DNA of 62,352 nt, filler included, from Stramenopiles sp. TOSAG23-2 (GCA_900128395.1; 29 parts of 29 records of this genome joined end to end with filler, not necessarily neighbours in it), one strand, 5' to 3'. Positions 23,973-36,035 are shown, counted from the first letter of the whole stretch. The notes: generated by a model not told the origin, from the letters alone. Numbers and translations are program-made.

Positions 23973-24900
23973 CTATTCTCGCTTTCGCTTTTTTGTCGTA
24001 TTATTTAAAATGCGTGCATCTCGAGGAATATATGGATTACCATTCAATATGTCGGTACGTAAGGATATTTTTTCTGTGCCATTCATGGTATGAAGTACAA
24101 TAAAATAATCTCCAATGAAACATTTGACCTTCCAGGTTCCTTCTTTATCTTCATAATGGATGCCGACAAGTTCACCTTCTGGTAGTTCAGCAAGCCGATC
24201 AACAAAAGGGACGTTCTCTTTCTTCATTGTTTTTTGTTCATTTAACTCAGTCTGTAAATAAGACTTTTTACGAACTTCATTTGCAAATCCAAAAAATGAT
24301 GCAATTTGTAAATCTTGGTCCTTATATTTTTTTAAACCATCGTTTTCAGCAAGAAAACACGATTCTCCATTTCCATATGTATCAATTAAAACGACACGTT
24401 TCTCACATTTCTCTTTGCACGACGTGCATATGTCCCAATCGCATTCATTATTCAAGCATGTATATAATTTGGTATCTTTTTCAAATTTTTGCTTACAAAC
24501 ATCACATTCATAATCTTTTTCTTCTGTCCAAAAAATACATAGACCTTTTTTTTGGCATTCACCACATTTAGTAATTGGTTTGTCTTTTGGAAGACGCGCC
24601 CATGCCAAAACATGCCCTATTGTGTTGCCCATTGTTGCAGGCAAAAAGACAAAACCATTATCACCAACAATATTATCAGCTAGTTCTTTCACTGATTTGT
24701 ATTGCACTGCTTCCTTCTTCAAGGCATCATAAACTACCTTTACACCTTCAGTTATATCTCCCCCATCTATGCAGTTTGTTTCTACATGTGCAAGTTTCCA
24801 TAAAAGTTTGTTTTCTGGTAAATCATGCCCGCAATTATTAATGCTTAAGCCCACAGTATCAGCTTCTTTGCCTTTCGATGGGTCAATTTCTTGTCGAAAC
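23973..24900 (-). CDS. Protein with ZZ-type-like zinc finger (5' end fused out of frame to the ankyrin ORF)
   Basis: YECDVCK..F.....YTC...CDWDICTSC. Confidence 0.6.
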
Positions 24901-25248
24901 GTTGTTCAATTAAATATATAACTATTTGGAAATGTTCGTTCTTTGCAGCTGCCGTTAAAGGTGTACGTTCAACACCACGACTATCTCTACCGACTTGATT
25001 CACGTGTTCCTTCAATGTCATATTATTATTATTACCATTATTACCTTTCACATCATTAATGCCTTTAATCAATTCTTTCACATCCTCAAAACGTCCTTTT
25101 TCACATGCACATACTAATGGCGTGCCGTTTGGAAATTCTTTTTTATATTTATTTATTTTATCTTTTAATTCTTTTGCACGCCTGGCACGATTAATGGCAT
25201 CATTTTTTTTTTTTGTGTTACTACTACGAGTATTCATACTGCTGCTGA

Positions 25249-25297
<49 letters not shown>

Positions 25298-25303
25298 TAT
25301 CAT
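24845..25303 (-). CDS. Ankyrin-repeat protein N-terminus, interrupted near 24900
   Basis: GTPLVCACEKGRFEDVKELI and RTPLTAAAKNEHFQIVIYLIEQ; poly-Ser start. Confidence 0.75.
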
Positions 25304-26091
25304 CTTTTTTACAATTTCAATTATATATATTCACGCAATTATATATATGTATGTATATATATATCACAAAAAAAAAATAAAATGATCAAACATGCATTAT
25401 AATATATCCATCCATTCATTTTTACATCTATATCTATCTTCTCACACACAAATGCTTATCCTAAAACCTAAAACACTTGTTGCACAAAAATAATATCTTT
25501 TCATGAGAAATCGGCCTCCATTCCAGGCATCTCGCTCTCTCGCTCTCTCACGCTCACCAAATCGTGAAATAAAATCTCACACACTCCTTTCACAAAACAC
25601 CGGAAAATAAACCAAAAACAAAAACGATGCTATTAATGTATTATAAGTATATATATTTGTATACTAATATTTTTATCAAGAGTCGAGCGAGTTTTTTTTT
25701 CCGGTACTGATATAGCACGGTATAGGGGTGTGCTATATATAGATATAGGCTATAAGGGCGAGCGAAAAACCAAACTCTGTTCGTTCGTTCGTTCTGTCTT
25801 ACGATGAAGAATATATATATATATATATAATTATGTTGCAATTGTAAAGGTAATATAGACTATATATATATATATATATTTAGTGAGACATATNNNNNNN
25901 NNNNNNNNNNNNNNNNNNNNNNNNNNNNNNNNNNNNNTTAATTAATTAANNNNNNNNNNNNNNNNNNNNNNNNNNNNNNNNNNNNNNNNNNNNATATATA
26001 TATATATATATATATAGAGGGAGTTGATAATACATTGTTAGAAAGAAAAGAAAAAAAAAAAGAGCATGTATTATATACCTATAATACTTAC

Positions 26092-27338
26092 ATTACAATA
26101 TTTGGTTTTAATGGAATAACTGTGCTTACACTTCGACGTACAGGAAGTGACCATATAATCTCTTCCATTTCTAAATTTACTGCAAATACACATTCATCTT
26201 TTAATAAATTTAATATCAATGAATTTGAACCAGTCATTGAAGCACCACGTGTACCAATAACAACAATGTTTGGTGTTAAAAATTCCAAACAACTAATATT
26301 TCTATCATTTATGAAACGTTCATGATGATTGAATAATCGTTTTTTCTTCCATATTTTTTTTTGATTAATTATATTGCTTTGCATCTTCTTCTTATTATTA
26401 TTACAAGTGCCCATTTTATCAAATACATACAATCCTTTCTTTTTGGTACAACACACCATTCTATTTTCTAATGTTCGCATACATGTAATTGCATATTGAT
26501 ATTGTTCCCTTGGATTTTTATCCTTCATCATGTTGTTGTTGTTGTTGTTCTTGTTCTTCTTATCATCATCATCATCATCATCAAACGGATTCCATGTATA
26601 TTTAATTTTACAGTGTACATGATCTTTCAGTATTTCGACTAATCGTACTACACCATGACCATCAGCTATGAATAATTCTTTCTCATTATTTGGTATTGAT
26701 GACATAGATCGTATATGCACATCACTGATTTTTTTTACAAATCCTTTTAATAATAAATTGTTAATACCAGTTATTGTTGATGATGATGAATTATCGAATG
26801 GCCAAATTACAATACTGCCATTTTTTGCTCCACAAACAAAGTATTGAGGTATTAAACTTTCCTTTTTCAAAATAGCACATGATGTAAATGATCGTACATA
26901 ATTTTGTGCAATAGATTTTGTATCTATACTTAATTCTTGCGATAAATGATTGATTTCCTTTGAAAATATTTGTACACTGCCACTAAAGCAAACGCTGACA
27001 TAGGTTGAATTGGAGAATTTCTTCAATCCAACAATTTTATCATTATGCAATTTTCTTTTCAATGTTCTCACAATACCTTTACCATGTAGTATATTATAAT
27101 GCATTTGATTTAAATGAGTGAACGTCCAACCATATTGTATTGCCCATGGCGGTTTCGCCCCATTCCATAAAATTAATTCGATTGACTTTTTGTTAGACGT
27201 TATGAATTGATGTGATGGTTTTGATAATAAATTTAAAATATTAAAAAGTGTTTGATGTGTTAGAAAAGGTACAACACATTTTAAAAAGACATCTTCTGGT
27301 ATTGTTAATACTGGATTTAAATTGATATTTTGTGACAT
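26092..27338 (-). CDS. F-box protein with WD40-like beta-propeller; first exon, GTAAGT donor at 26091
   Basis: LTIPEDVFLKCVVPFL F-box; CGAKNGSIVIW, ADGHGVVRL and AITCM WD-like strands. Confidence 0.65.
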
Positions 27339-27624
27339 TAAATGAATGATTTATTTACAATGTGAAATTTTGATTGAAAACGGATTGTATATATAATATA
27401 TATATAATAATACGCGCGGGTAATTCCTTTGTGTATGTGATCGAATGCTGTATGTGTTATTATAGACTATTATAGGTTGTATATATATATATAATAATAC
27501 GCGCGGGTAATTCCTTTGTGTATGTGATCAAATGTTCGATTGAATATATTTAAAAATATAATAATAATAATATAAATATAATACTTGGTATACGTTTACT
27601 GTATTATAGACTATTATAGGTTTT

Positions 27625-27964
27625 TTAAAGTGATTGTCTCTCTGGTATATATTTAACCATCTTTATATTTCCATAAGAAATTGCAGTATCAACAGGTTTC
27701 TCACCTAACATATTTCGAATGCGAGAATTTGTGTGTGTACTTAAAAATTGCACCACGTCCAAATGGTTAAAACGAATTGCATCATGAATAGGTAGATCAC
27801 CTTGTTTATCTTTAATATCTGGGTTCATTTTCATCTCATTCACTAAAAATTGAACAACATTTAAATGTCCAAAAAATGCCGCGTTATGTAAAGCATTTCT
27901 ACCAGTCAATGGATGTTGAGCATGCACGTTATCGCAATCCAATGCATTCATTTTAATAATATTG
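27625..27964 (-). CDS. Ankyrin-repeat protein, last exon
   Basis: GRNALHNAAFFGHLNVVQFL, GDLPIHDA..FNH, GEKPVDTA; TACAG acceptor just upstream. Confidence 0.85.
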
Positions 27965-28468
27965 CTGTATAAAGCGAAAGAAAGTATCTGTTAGTAGTTG
28001 TTGATAAGAAGACGGATAAATACATCCCGCAAACAAAAAAACGTGTTGAANNNNNNNNNNNNNNNNNNNNNNNNNNNNNNNNNNNNNNNNNNNNTTAATT
28101 AATTAANNNNNNNNNNNNNNNNNNNNNNNNNNNNNNNNNNNNNNNNNNNNATTTGATGGTTAAAATCTAAGATATATAAATATACATGCATAGTGCGTAC
28201 CTTCGTATCATGCTTCGTATGATACTCGTATGATATACATTTTTTTATAATGTATTATATTATATATCATATATATGGCATATCATACGAAGTATGATAT
28301 TATTATATTATATATATATATGAAAAATTAAGTTTTACACATACTCGTATAATTCATTTTTTAATTTACACTTCATAATTAATTCCTACTCTTCAATATA
28401 ATAATATATATATGCATATATGAGTAAGAGAAAAACACATATATATGCATATATCACAGTTCTTTCTT

Positions 28469-29968
28469 TTAACGCCGTCTATGCTTTCTGTGTTTGTGTT
28501 TTTTTCTGGATGATCTACTACTACTTTCTTGGGGTTGCTGAGGACTACGAATAGAACCCATCATTTGCGATGGGTGTCCATGTCCCCCATGCAGCATTGG
28601 CGTTCCAAATTGTGGATGTGGATTATGGCCAAGTAGTGCTTCATGTTTTACTTTTTGCAACTCAGCCTTCAAAAGTTTTTGTTGATTTTTTAAATCTATC
28701 ACTACGTTTTCATATTTTTTACATTGTAATTTATTTGCGCTAGCATTTGTTTCAGCTGCTTCTTTGTCCTTTCTATACCTATTAGCATCTTCTTCTACCT
28801 CCCTAATTGTGCGTTTTAGATTCGAAATCTCATCTCGTTTTGCTTCCAAATCATCATGCGTATTCTTCAATTTCTCTTGTAGCCGATGTACCTGCACCTC
28901 TAATTTTTCTTTTTCTTCCTCTGTGCTTCTATATTTTTGTCTAAATTCTTCTTTTTGTTTTTCCAAGTCTTTAATATCATCTTTAAAACGTCTCTTTGTG
29001 AAATTAATACCACGTTCATCATTATTATTATTGTCATTGCTGGTAGGATTATTTTCTGTTGTTATTAATGGCTGTATTACATGTTTTTTCGATGGCCTTC
29101 GTGATGGTCCACTCTTTGGTCTATTGTGTTTTCCAGCACTCATTGGCCTTGTACCATTGCTTAATTTTCCAGCCGTATGTGGTCGTGCTGGATGTTTTTT
29201 GTTTCTCATTCTTGTTCCTGTTGTATTTTGGTTCCTTCCGCCGTTTCCACGTCTTCTGCGCCCTGATGAGTTTGGTCTTTTATTTTTTCCATAAGATTTC
29301 CTATTATAATTGCGTCTATGCTTATGCTTTTTTCCATTAAAATTATCTGCAGGATTTTCACCACCAAATATTAATTTTTCATTAATTATTATTTGTTCTC
29401 CACCATCTTGTACACGTTGTAAAGTTGTTATATATCGCTTTCTATCAGCGCGTAGCAATGCCACGAATGTTTTTCTATCATTAGTCAACTCATCTAGCGT
29501 TTTGTACCTCGCTGCTCGTTCTTTTTCAAAACGTATATCTGCTTGCACGAGCTGGTCCATTTTACTTAAACAATCATCTTTAGCTTGTTTTAATAAATTA
29601 TACAATCGAGTAACTTCCCCTTTTAACTTATTTTTTCCTAGTTTTTTATCTATTGAACTTTCGCGCTTCGCTAATTTTATATCATACAGTAAATTACTTA
29701 AAAGGTTTATATTTTTATCCATTTCCGTTTTTCCTTTTTTCTTATCAAATATGGTTTCTAAATGTTGTACTCTTGATTTTAAAGCTTTATTCTCAAACTT
29801 CAAACGTTCTACTTCCACAGCTAATTGTGTGTACCTACTAGAACGTGTACCTTTAGTACTTGGACTACCAATCGTTGGTGCGAGACCACCAGGTTGAATG
29901 GTCAATAAATTCATAGCATTCATCGCTTTCTCGTCTTTAGAGTTGTTCATCAATCTATGTTCTGCCAT
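28469..29968 (-). CDS. Coiled-coil protein with basic RPxSA/RPxTA linker, possibly ciliary or centrosomal
   Basis: 499-aa ORF with two heptad regions and RPNSSG, RPHTAG, RPMSAG and RPKSG repeats. Confidence 0.65.
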   Translation of the reverse strand: MAEHRLMNNSKDEKAMNAMNLLTIQPGGLAPTIGSPSTKGTRSSRYTQLAVEVERLKFENKALKSRVQHLETIFDKKKGKTEMDKNINLLSNLLYDIKLAKRESSIDKKLGKNKLKGEVTRLYNLLKQAKDDCLSKMDQLVQADIRFEKERAARYKTLDELTNDRKTFVALLRADRKRYITTLQRVQDGGEQIIINEKLIFGGENPADNFNGKKHKHRRNYNRKSYGKNKRPNSSGRRRRGNGGRNQNTTGTRMRNKKHPARPHTAGKLSNGTRPMSAGKHNRPKSGPSRRPSKKHVIQPLITTENNPTSNDNNNNDERGINFTKRRFKDDIKDLEKQKEEFRQKYRSTEEEKEKLEVQVHRLQEKLKNTHDDLEAKRDEISNLKRTIREVEEDANRYRKDKEAAETNASANKLQCKKYENVVIDLKNQQKLLKAELQKVKHEALLGHNPHPQFGTPMLHGGHGHPSQMMGSIRSPQQPQESSSRSSRKKHKHRKHRRR

Positions 29969-30551
29969 GTGATGGTAGTTCGCAATTTTCCTTCGACGTT
30001 TATATATTTCTTCTGTAATAATAACAGTCTTTATATATCATCTATTATATATAGTTTAATTGTTGTTGTTATTAGTAGTTATATCGATTTATTTATTACG
30101 TAGTCTATAGTATTAGTCGTCTATTATTGGTTTTTGTTGTTTACCAGGTATTATAGTTCTCTCATCATTTTTATTATACCGAATAAAAACAGCAAGACTA
30201 AAATACNNNNNNNNNNNNNNNNNNNNNNNNNNNNNNNNNNNNNNNNNNNNTTAATTAATTAANNNNNNNNNNNNNNNNNNNNNNNNNNNNNNNNNNNNNN
30301 NNNNNNGAATATTCTAAAAATAAGAAGGAGGAGGATATTAGTGTAATTGTCCAGAAAGAATGAAAAACACACATTCATGATACGAACTTCGTATATAAAA
30401 TATATAAACGTTCGTAATTGTGTGTGTGCATGTGTGTGTTTGAACTCTGTTTAAAAAAAAAATATTAATTTTTTTTAATCGTCCCCTCGTTACCTTAAAT
30501 TATTACATAATTTAAATTGTTGCTACTCGTACATGCATGCAAAATTGTTGA

Positions 30552-32358
30552 CTAATAATCGTCACCACCGTCATCATCATCAATTTCTTCTTCTTCCTCT
30601 TTATAGTCCATGGTAAATTCAACTATAATTTTCTTACTTTGTGCCGCTAGTTGCAATTTTTCGTAACGTTCTTCAGAGCCTTCAGGAATGTGGATCGTCA
30701 GGTTGGCAGGGCGATCATCATCATCATCATTTTCTTCATCTTCTTCGTCATCTTCACCTTCTTCATCTTCTTTGCCCTCTCCACCTTCTTCATTTTCATC
30801 GTCTCCTCCTTTTTTCTTGCTCCCTTTCTCGTCTTCGGGGTAGCTTAATCCATTGTAATTTTCTGTAGTAAATAGACCTAGAAAGGCATTGAGGCCTTTC
30901 TCTGTAATTTTATTGTCAGCTAAGCTTAATCTCGTCAACTTTAAGTTCGTCTTTAATGCCTCACAAAGTGCTATTATACCGTCTTCTAATTCCTCTTTTT
31001 TTGTAATTCCAATCTGCTCTAATTCTAATAGCACTAATGTATTATTTGTTTTTAAGCCTTTGCTTAAATTATCAAGACCATTATTACCAAGTTTGCACTT
31101 GTTTAAATATAATTCATTTAACGCTATATTATTTTTTAGCAACGAGCTTAAGGCCTTTGCGCCTTTAAGCGTGAAATCTGTTTCGCTTAATTCTAAATAT
31201 GTCAATGAGTTGTTTTTTTTTAAACTTTGGCACAAGCATTTTACACCTTTATCTCCAATGCTAGTGGCATCTAAATCCAAACGAGTCAAAGAATCATTTT
31301 TCTCCAGTGCTTTTCCTACTGCTATTGCACCTTCATCAGATACATCTTTATGAGCACTTAATGATAATTGTGTAAGAGTTTTGTTTTCTTTCAAACCTTC
31401 TGCAATTCCTTTAATGCCATCGTTAGTCATATTGGTGTACTGCATATCCAATATCTTCAACGCTTTTATTTTTTTTAATGACTTTCCAAATTCTATCACG
31501 CCGGCATCATAAAAATAATTACCGTCTATAATTATTTTCTTCAGGTTTGTGCTAGTTTCTAAGCACAAGAAACCACCCAATGCAATTAAGTCACTATCTG
31601 TTAAGTCACCTATATTTTCACAACTTCTATGGTTAATACTTCTTCCTTTTTGTCCTCACTCTCGTTATCATCTTCATCTTCATCTTCGTCTTCGACGGGT
31701 CCCTCATTTATCCTTCGCCTTAGACTTTGTGGTGTACCAGCAACAGGTATTTCAATTGTGGTAGTTTTACTGTTTTCTCGAGGATCATCAACTACTATTA
31801 GTTCTAATGACTCATTCTTTTCTAATGACTTCCAAAGATCTTTCAACATTTGTTCAGTAATTCTATCATTGTCCTCGACCTCAGAATTAGTCAAATACAG
31901 TTTTTTTATTGATTTATTCGCTTTAAATAATAGAATGAGCCCTTTCACAATATTTGTAACATCAGCACAATCTTGAATATGCAATTCTTCCATATGCAAA
32001 TCATGATTGCCTAGTTTTATCATTTCCTTCATAATATGCGTAATATCTTCAGGGGTGTCTATGTCAAACAGTTCCATTTTAGCCTCTTGGTTTTTTAGGT
32101 ACATTGAAATGGTATTTGATTGAAGGCCAGATCCAAATTTTTTTGCACTTTTTTTAGCGCGTTTTTGTGCTTGTTGCTTACCACATGCGCATGGAAATAT
32201 GTTTGCAATTTTTGATTGCTGAATTGTATATAACCCGGTCTTTCCAAATGCAGCGAAAGCTCCATATTTTACACCAAGATATTGCGCATGTTTTTTATTA
32301 AATTCTTTAATACAACATCCTAAACATATTTTAGTCACAAAAAAAAGTGCAAAGCAGT
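30552..32358 (-). CDS. RNI-like leucine-rich-repeat protein (NLRC3-type repeats) with N-terminal Cys/His cluster; 1-nt frameshift near 31623; 5' partial
   Basis: 28-aa LxxNxxLxxLxL repeats; frame changes at IEVVKI* / SCENIGDL; CLGC...H...CACG at the N-terminus. Confidence 0.85.
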
Positions 32359-32458
32359 NNNNNNNNNNNNNNNNNNNNNNNNNNNNNNNNNNNNNNNNNN
32401 NNTTAATTAATTAANNNNNNNNNNNNNNNNNNNNNNNNNNNNNNNNNNNNNNNNNNNN

Positions 32459-32509
32459 CTCAATACTCAATCGCAAGAATAATATGCTATCCTACTATAA
32501 TAAAGCTCT
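32459..32509 (-). repeat. Dispersed repeat family A, partial copy
   Basis: Reverse complement of 14915-14965 with one mismatch. Confidence 0.92.
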
Positions 32510-32798
32510 CCTGTATATATATAATATATATATATACGAATCGTATACGAAAAGTAAAAATATAATATCATACGAGTTAAACATAAATATTATACGAACG
32601 TATTATCATACTTCGTACGAATATATATATATATATATATATGCATATAATATATTTATGCATAATTTTAAAAAATATAAATATTTTTTATCATACTTCG
32701 TACGAATATATAAATATATGATATTAATATACACAGTATAATGATGTGGTATCATACGTAAAAAAAGGTTTTATACCGCTTCACACAATACGATAAAA

Positions 32799-34400
32799 TC
32801 ACAAATTAATAGAACGTAAATAAACATCAAAATGCTTTGTCTCATGGTCACATTTATTTAATTCAATTTGACTTTTACGATAACATTTACCAATCCCGCT
32901 ATCATCATCTTCCATATAAAATACTATACCAGTACAATCCTCTGTTTTTTCACATTTCATTTTACAATCAGATACTGTACCGATTGCAATATAATTCTTT
33001 CCATCAATATCAATAGCACCATGACCTTCATAACAATTAAAACCTAATGCAGGTACCCACGTTTTTCGAATGTATGTATTAAATTTTGTATCGTAATCAC
33101 ATGTTCCAAAGACTACATCATGTCTACGATAACATGATATTTTATCATCCTCTTCATCTGGCAAGGCAGGTGTCACTGTGATTCCAGTGCATTCTTCTTT
33201 ACCAAGATCAAGACATTTTTCTTTACATTTATCTAACGACATGATTCCAATTGGATTCCCATCATCTAAATCTGTTGCACCATGATCTTCATAACAATTT
33301 TCACCTAAACCTAATACCCAATCAGTCGTAGAGAACGGGCCAACTGGCTTACATAACAATTCATTTAATTTAAATGAAATGGCTAATTGTGGATCATCGC
33401 CACTGTATTCAATTCTTGATTGGTTATACATATAGTAGGATTTATTATTTGAATCATAATTCCATGTTTCTTTTCCAGTTTCATCAACTGCCATATAACC
33501 ACCTAAATCGATTTCCTTGCAATTTATTGCATCTGCACCTCTAACCGCTATCATGACCGCAATTGGATCCCAACTTGATCTCCCAGTTCCACCAACACCC
33601 CAATCTTGAAATGCACGTCGTGATGGATCATCTTTACCGGCACAACCATTTAACCATGCACCATGCAATACATCTGCACCAACTGGACTAAAAATTTGTT
33701 TCACTGTACTTGGCCAATTTTCAACTGCTAATTTTGCACTTCCATGACATCCGGTATCAGACCCAAGCCAATCAAACGTATCATGTTCTGCACAACCAAA
33801 ATTATACATTCCATCCATCCATACGATCAAATTTACTTTCAATGCGATTAAATCATGTCCATTTAATGGACTATATTGATCTGGTGGAGATAAAACTAAA
33901 TCACGCATATTTGTTGTTATGCCTATTGACGCTATATGTACAGAATGATCTGGTGAATTTACTAATGCTTTTCGATATGTTTGAACACTAGTTAATACTT
34001 CTGTTGAATTTTTAATTGGACTTGGCCAATTGTTTGTTAAATCGGAGATATATTTATCAGCAGTATTGTTTGCATATGTTGCATTTCGTGCCCATGGTCC
34101 TTTATATGCACCTAATGGAACGTCGTTACGTCCATAAAAATTCATTATAGTTGATACAGCACCAATACCTTTTGTATAACCATTTGTATGTGATATTGCT
34201 ATTATTTTCACTTCTCCTAAATCTTCCAATGCATTTGCAACAGTTATTGCACCAATGTCATCCACATCAAATCCAGCATCTGTATCTATAATGAGTCGCA
34301 CAGGCGATGTCGTTTTTTTTGCATAAGTTATTTTTGTTCCTAATGTAAAACATGTGAATAATGCAAAAAATAGTCCGACTCGACAAAAATGATTCTTCAT
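32799..34400 (-). CDS. Secreted inosine/uridine-preferring nucleoside hydrolase family protein with two C-terminal PAN/apple-like repeats
   Basis: Signal peptide; IIDTDAGFDVDD Ca-binding motif, SIGITTN and SSWDP; two NCYE.HGA.D...C...C...CTG...CYR repeats. Confidence 0.88.
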   Translation of the reverse strand: MKNHFCRVGLFFALFTCFTLGTKITYAKKTTSPVRLIIDTDAGFDVDDIGAITVANALEDLGEVKIIAISHTNGYTKGIGAVSTIMNFYGRNDVPLGAYKGPWARNATYANNTADKYISDLTNNWPSPIKNSTEVLTSVQTYRKALVNSPDHSVHIASIGITTNMRDLVLSPPDQYSPLNGHDLIALKVNLIVWMDGMYNFGCAEHDTFDWLGSDTGCHGSAKLAVENWPSTVKQIFSPVGADVLHGAWLNGCAGKDDPSRRAFQDWGVGGTGRSSWDPIAVMIAVRGADAINCKEIDLGGYMAVDETGKETWNYDSNNKSYYMYNQSRIEYSGDDPQLAISFKLNELLCKPVGPFSTTDWVLGLGENCYEDHGATDLDDGNPIGIMSLDKCKEKCLDLGKEECTGITVTPALPDEEDDKISCYRRHDVVFGTCDYDTKFNTYIRKTWVPALGFNCYEGHGAIDIDGKNYIAIGTVSDCKMKCEKTEDCTGIVFYMEDDDSGIGKCYRKSQIELNKCDHETKHFDVYLRSINL

Positions 34401-34472
34401 AATTATATATATTGAAATAATAAATATCAATGTAATGCTTCTGATTTTTTTCCTTCTTTTCTTTTCCAGTAT

Positions 34473-34504
<32 letters not shown>

Positions 34505-34605
34505 GNNNNNNNNNNNNNNNNNNNNNNNNNNNNNNNNNNNNNNNNNNNNTTAATTAATTAANNNNNNNNNNNNNNNNNNNNNNNNNNNNNNNNNNNNNNN
34601 NNNNN

Positions 34606-34656
34606 ATCCTCTTCCTCGTCATTTCCTGACGGGACCCATTCTTCGTCTGATGCCAT
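34606..34656 (-). CDS. Start of an unknown gene (MASDEEWVPSGNDEEED)
   Basis: ATG at 34656, acidic coding-like sequence open to the contig edge. Confidence 0.5.
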
Positions 34657-34840
34657 TTGTCGATAAGCTTTCTACGGTGGTTTATATTGATTTGTATCAA
34701 TGATAATGTAAACTTTATATTGTGCATGCTTGTATATTAAATACAAAAATATATTATTTATTATTATTCAATCCCCAGGCAATATATTTGATTTTTCATT
34801 GATCTAGATTTAAAATGTGCAAATTTGCATCATCATCGCA

Positions 34841-34943
34841 CCTGGATTGCTGGATTGCCGGGATTGCCCAGATTGCCAGATTGCCAGATTGAGCTAATAC
34901 TGGAATACCAGAATACCAGAATACTGGAATACTGGAATACCTG
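34841..34943. repeat. Degenerate 8-nt stutter repeats in a divergent promoter
   Basis: GATTG-centred units x6, then AATAC-centred units x6 (CCAGATTG, CTGGAATA, CCAGAATA). Confidence 0.8.
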
Positions 34944-35131
34944 ACACAAATCATCACCACAGCATACAGCATTACTGTACCAAAAAGATTACACTCATAT
35001 CCTATATATAGGCTAATACTGTACATTATGAAATTATTACGTAATTAATAATTGATTGTGTAATCCTAATAATTAATTGTTGTTGAAAAAAAACACGTAT
35101 TTAATATATATTATATCATATTTTTATGAAG

Positions 35132-35377
35132 GTACACATTTTATACAGTAAACATTTGTTTTAGTTATACAAAAATATAATGGGATAAAAAAATTTCAGT
35201 TATTAGAAATAAAAACACCTTTTTGTATTATATTCGGCGTATGTATCGAAACAAGTACACATTTTATACAGTAAACATTTGTTTTAGTTATACAAAAATA
35301 TAATGGGATAAAAAAATTTCAGTTATTAGAAATAAAAACACCTTTTTGTATTATATTCGGCGTATGTATCGAAACAA
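35132..35377. repeat. Perfect 123-nt tandem duplication ending at the ATG
   Basis: 35132-35254 equals 35255-35377. Confidence 0.95.
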
Positions 35378-35929
35378 ATGGGAAATACACAAGATAATGG
35401 AGGATATGAAGATAATGGTGGATGGTGTGCTGCAAAAAGGGAAGTGAAACAAAATACTGGTGGACAAAAACCGAAACTAAATTTTCAACGACATGCAAGA
35501 GATAATAACAAAGACAAAAATAATGATGATAAAAGTGGTGGAGGAGGATTATGTGCAGCACCGAGAGTCGCTTGCTTAGATAGTGGAGATGGCAGTCGTA
35601 ATGGTAGTTTTTACAGCAAAAATAAAGCGCAAATGGCGGAGTGGGAGAAAAGGAAAGATATGTTGAAACAACGCATTAGAAATAAATTGAATAATGCCAA
35701 AAATCCAAGCAATTCTGTAGCATCAAATACTTTTGATGGGCCTTGTACCTGTCGCGGACTGTGTGTATGTCATTATAAAAAGGCTGCTCAAATTTCTGAC
35801 TCAGCTAAAAGTGCATCAGATGCATTTGATGCTAGATTAAAAAAAATTAAAGATCAAATAAAGAAAGAGAAGCAACGAGAAAGACATAGAAGAGCTTCAC
35901 ATAAGACAAATACTTTTATTGATATATAA
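35378..35929 (+). CDS. Small hypothetical protein, possible N-myristoylation, CxCxxxCxC cluster
   Basis: MGNTQD start; GGWCAA and GGLCAA repeats; CTCRGLCVC. Confidence 0.65.
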   Translation: MGNTQDNGGYEDNGGWCAAKREVKQNTGGQKPKLNFQRHARDNNKDKNNDDKSGGGGLCAAPRVACLDSGDGSRNGSFYSKNKAQMAEWEKRKDMLKQRIRNKLNNAKNPSNSVASNTFDGPCTCRGLCVCHYKKAAQISDSAKSASDAFDARLKKIKDQIKKEKQRERHRRASHKTNTFIDI

Positions 35930-36035
35930 AACTAAGGAATATAAAAAAGTTGTACATCATAAAGCCCACATAAGACAAATACTTTTATTGATATATAAAA
36001 CTAAGGAATATAAAAAAGTTGTACATCATAAAGCC
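35898..36035. repeat. Perfect 69-nt tandem duplication spanning the stop codon
   Basis: 35898-35966 equals 35967-36035. Confidence 0.95.

Noticed and set aside
25721-25730. TATAGGGGTG resembling the MITE terminus
   Set aside because: Only 10 nt match and no partner TIR
31605-31630. Programmed frameshift in the LRR gene
   Set aside because: One missing A restores IESCENIG; no slippery site, so a consensus error or pseudogenisation is simpler
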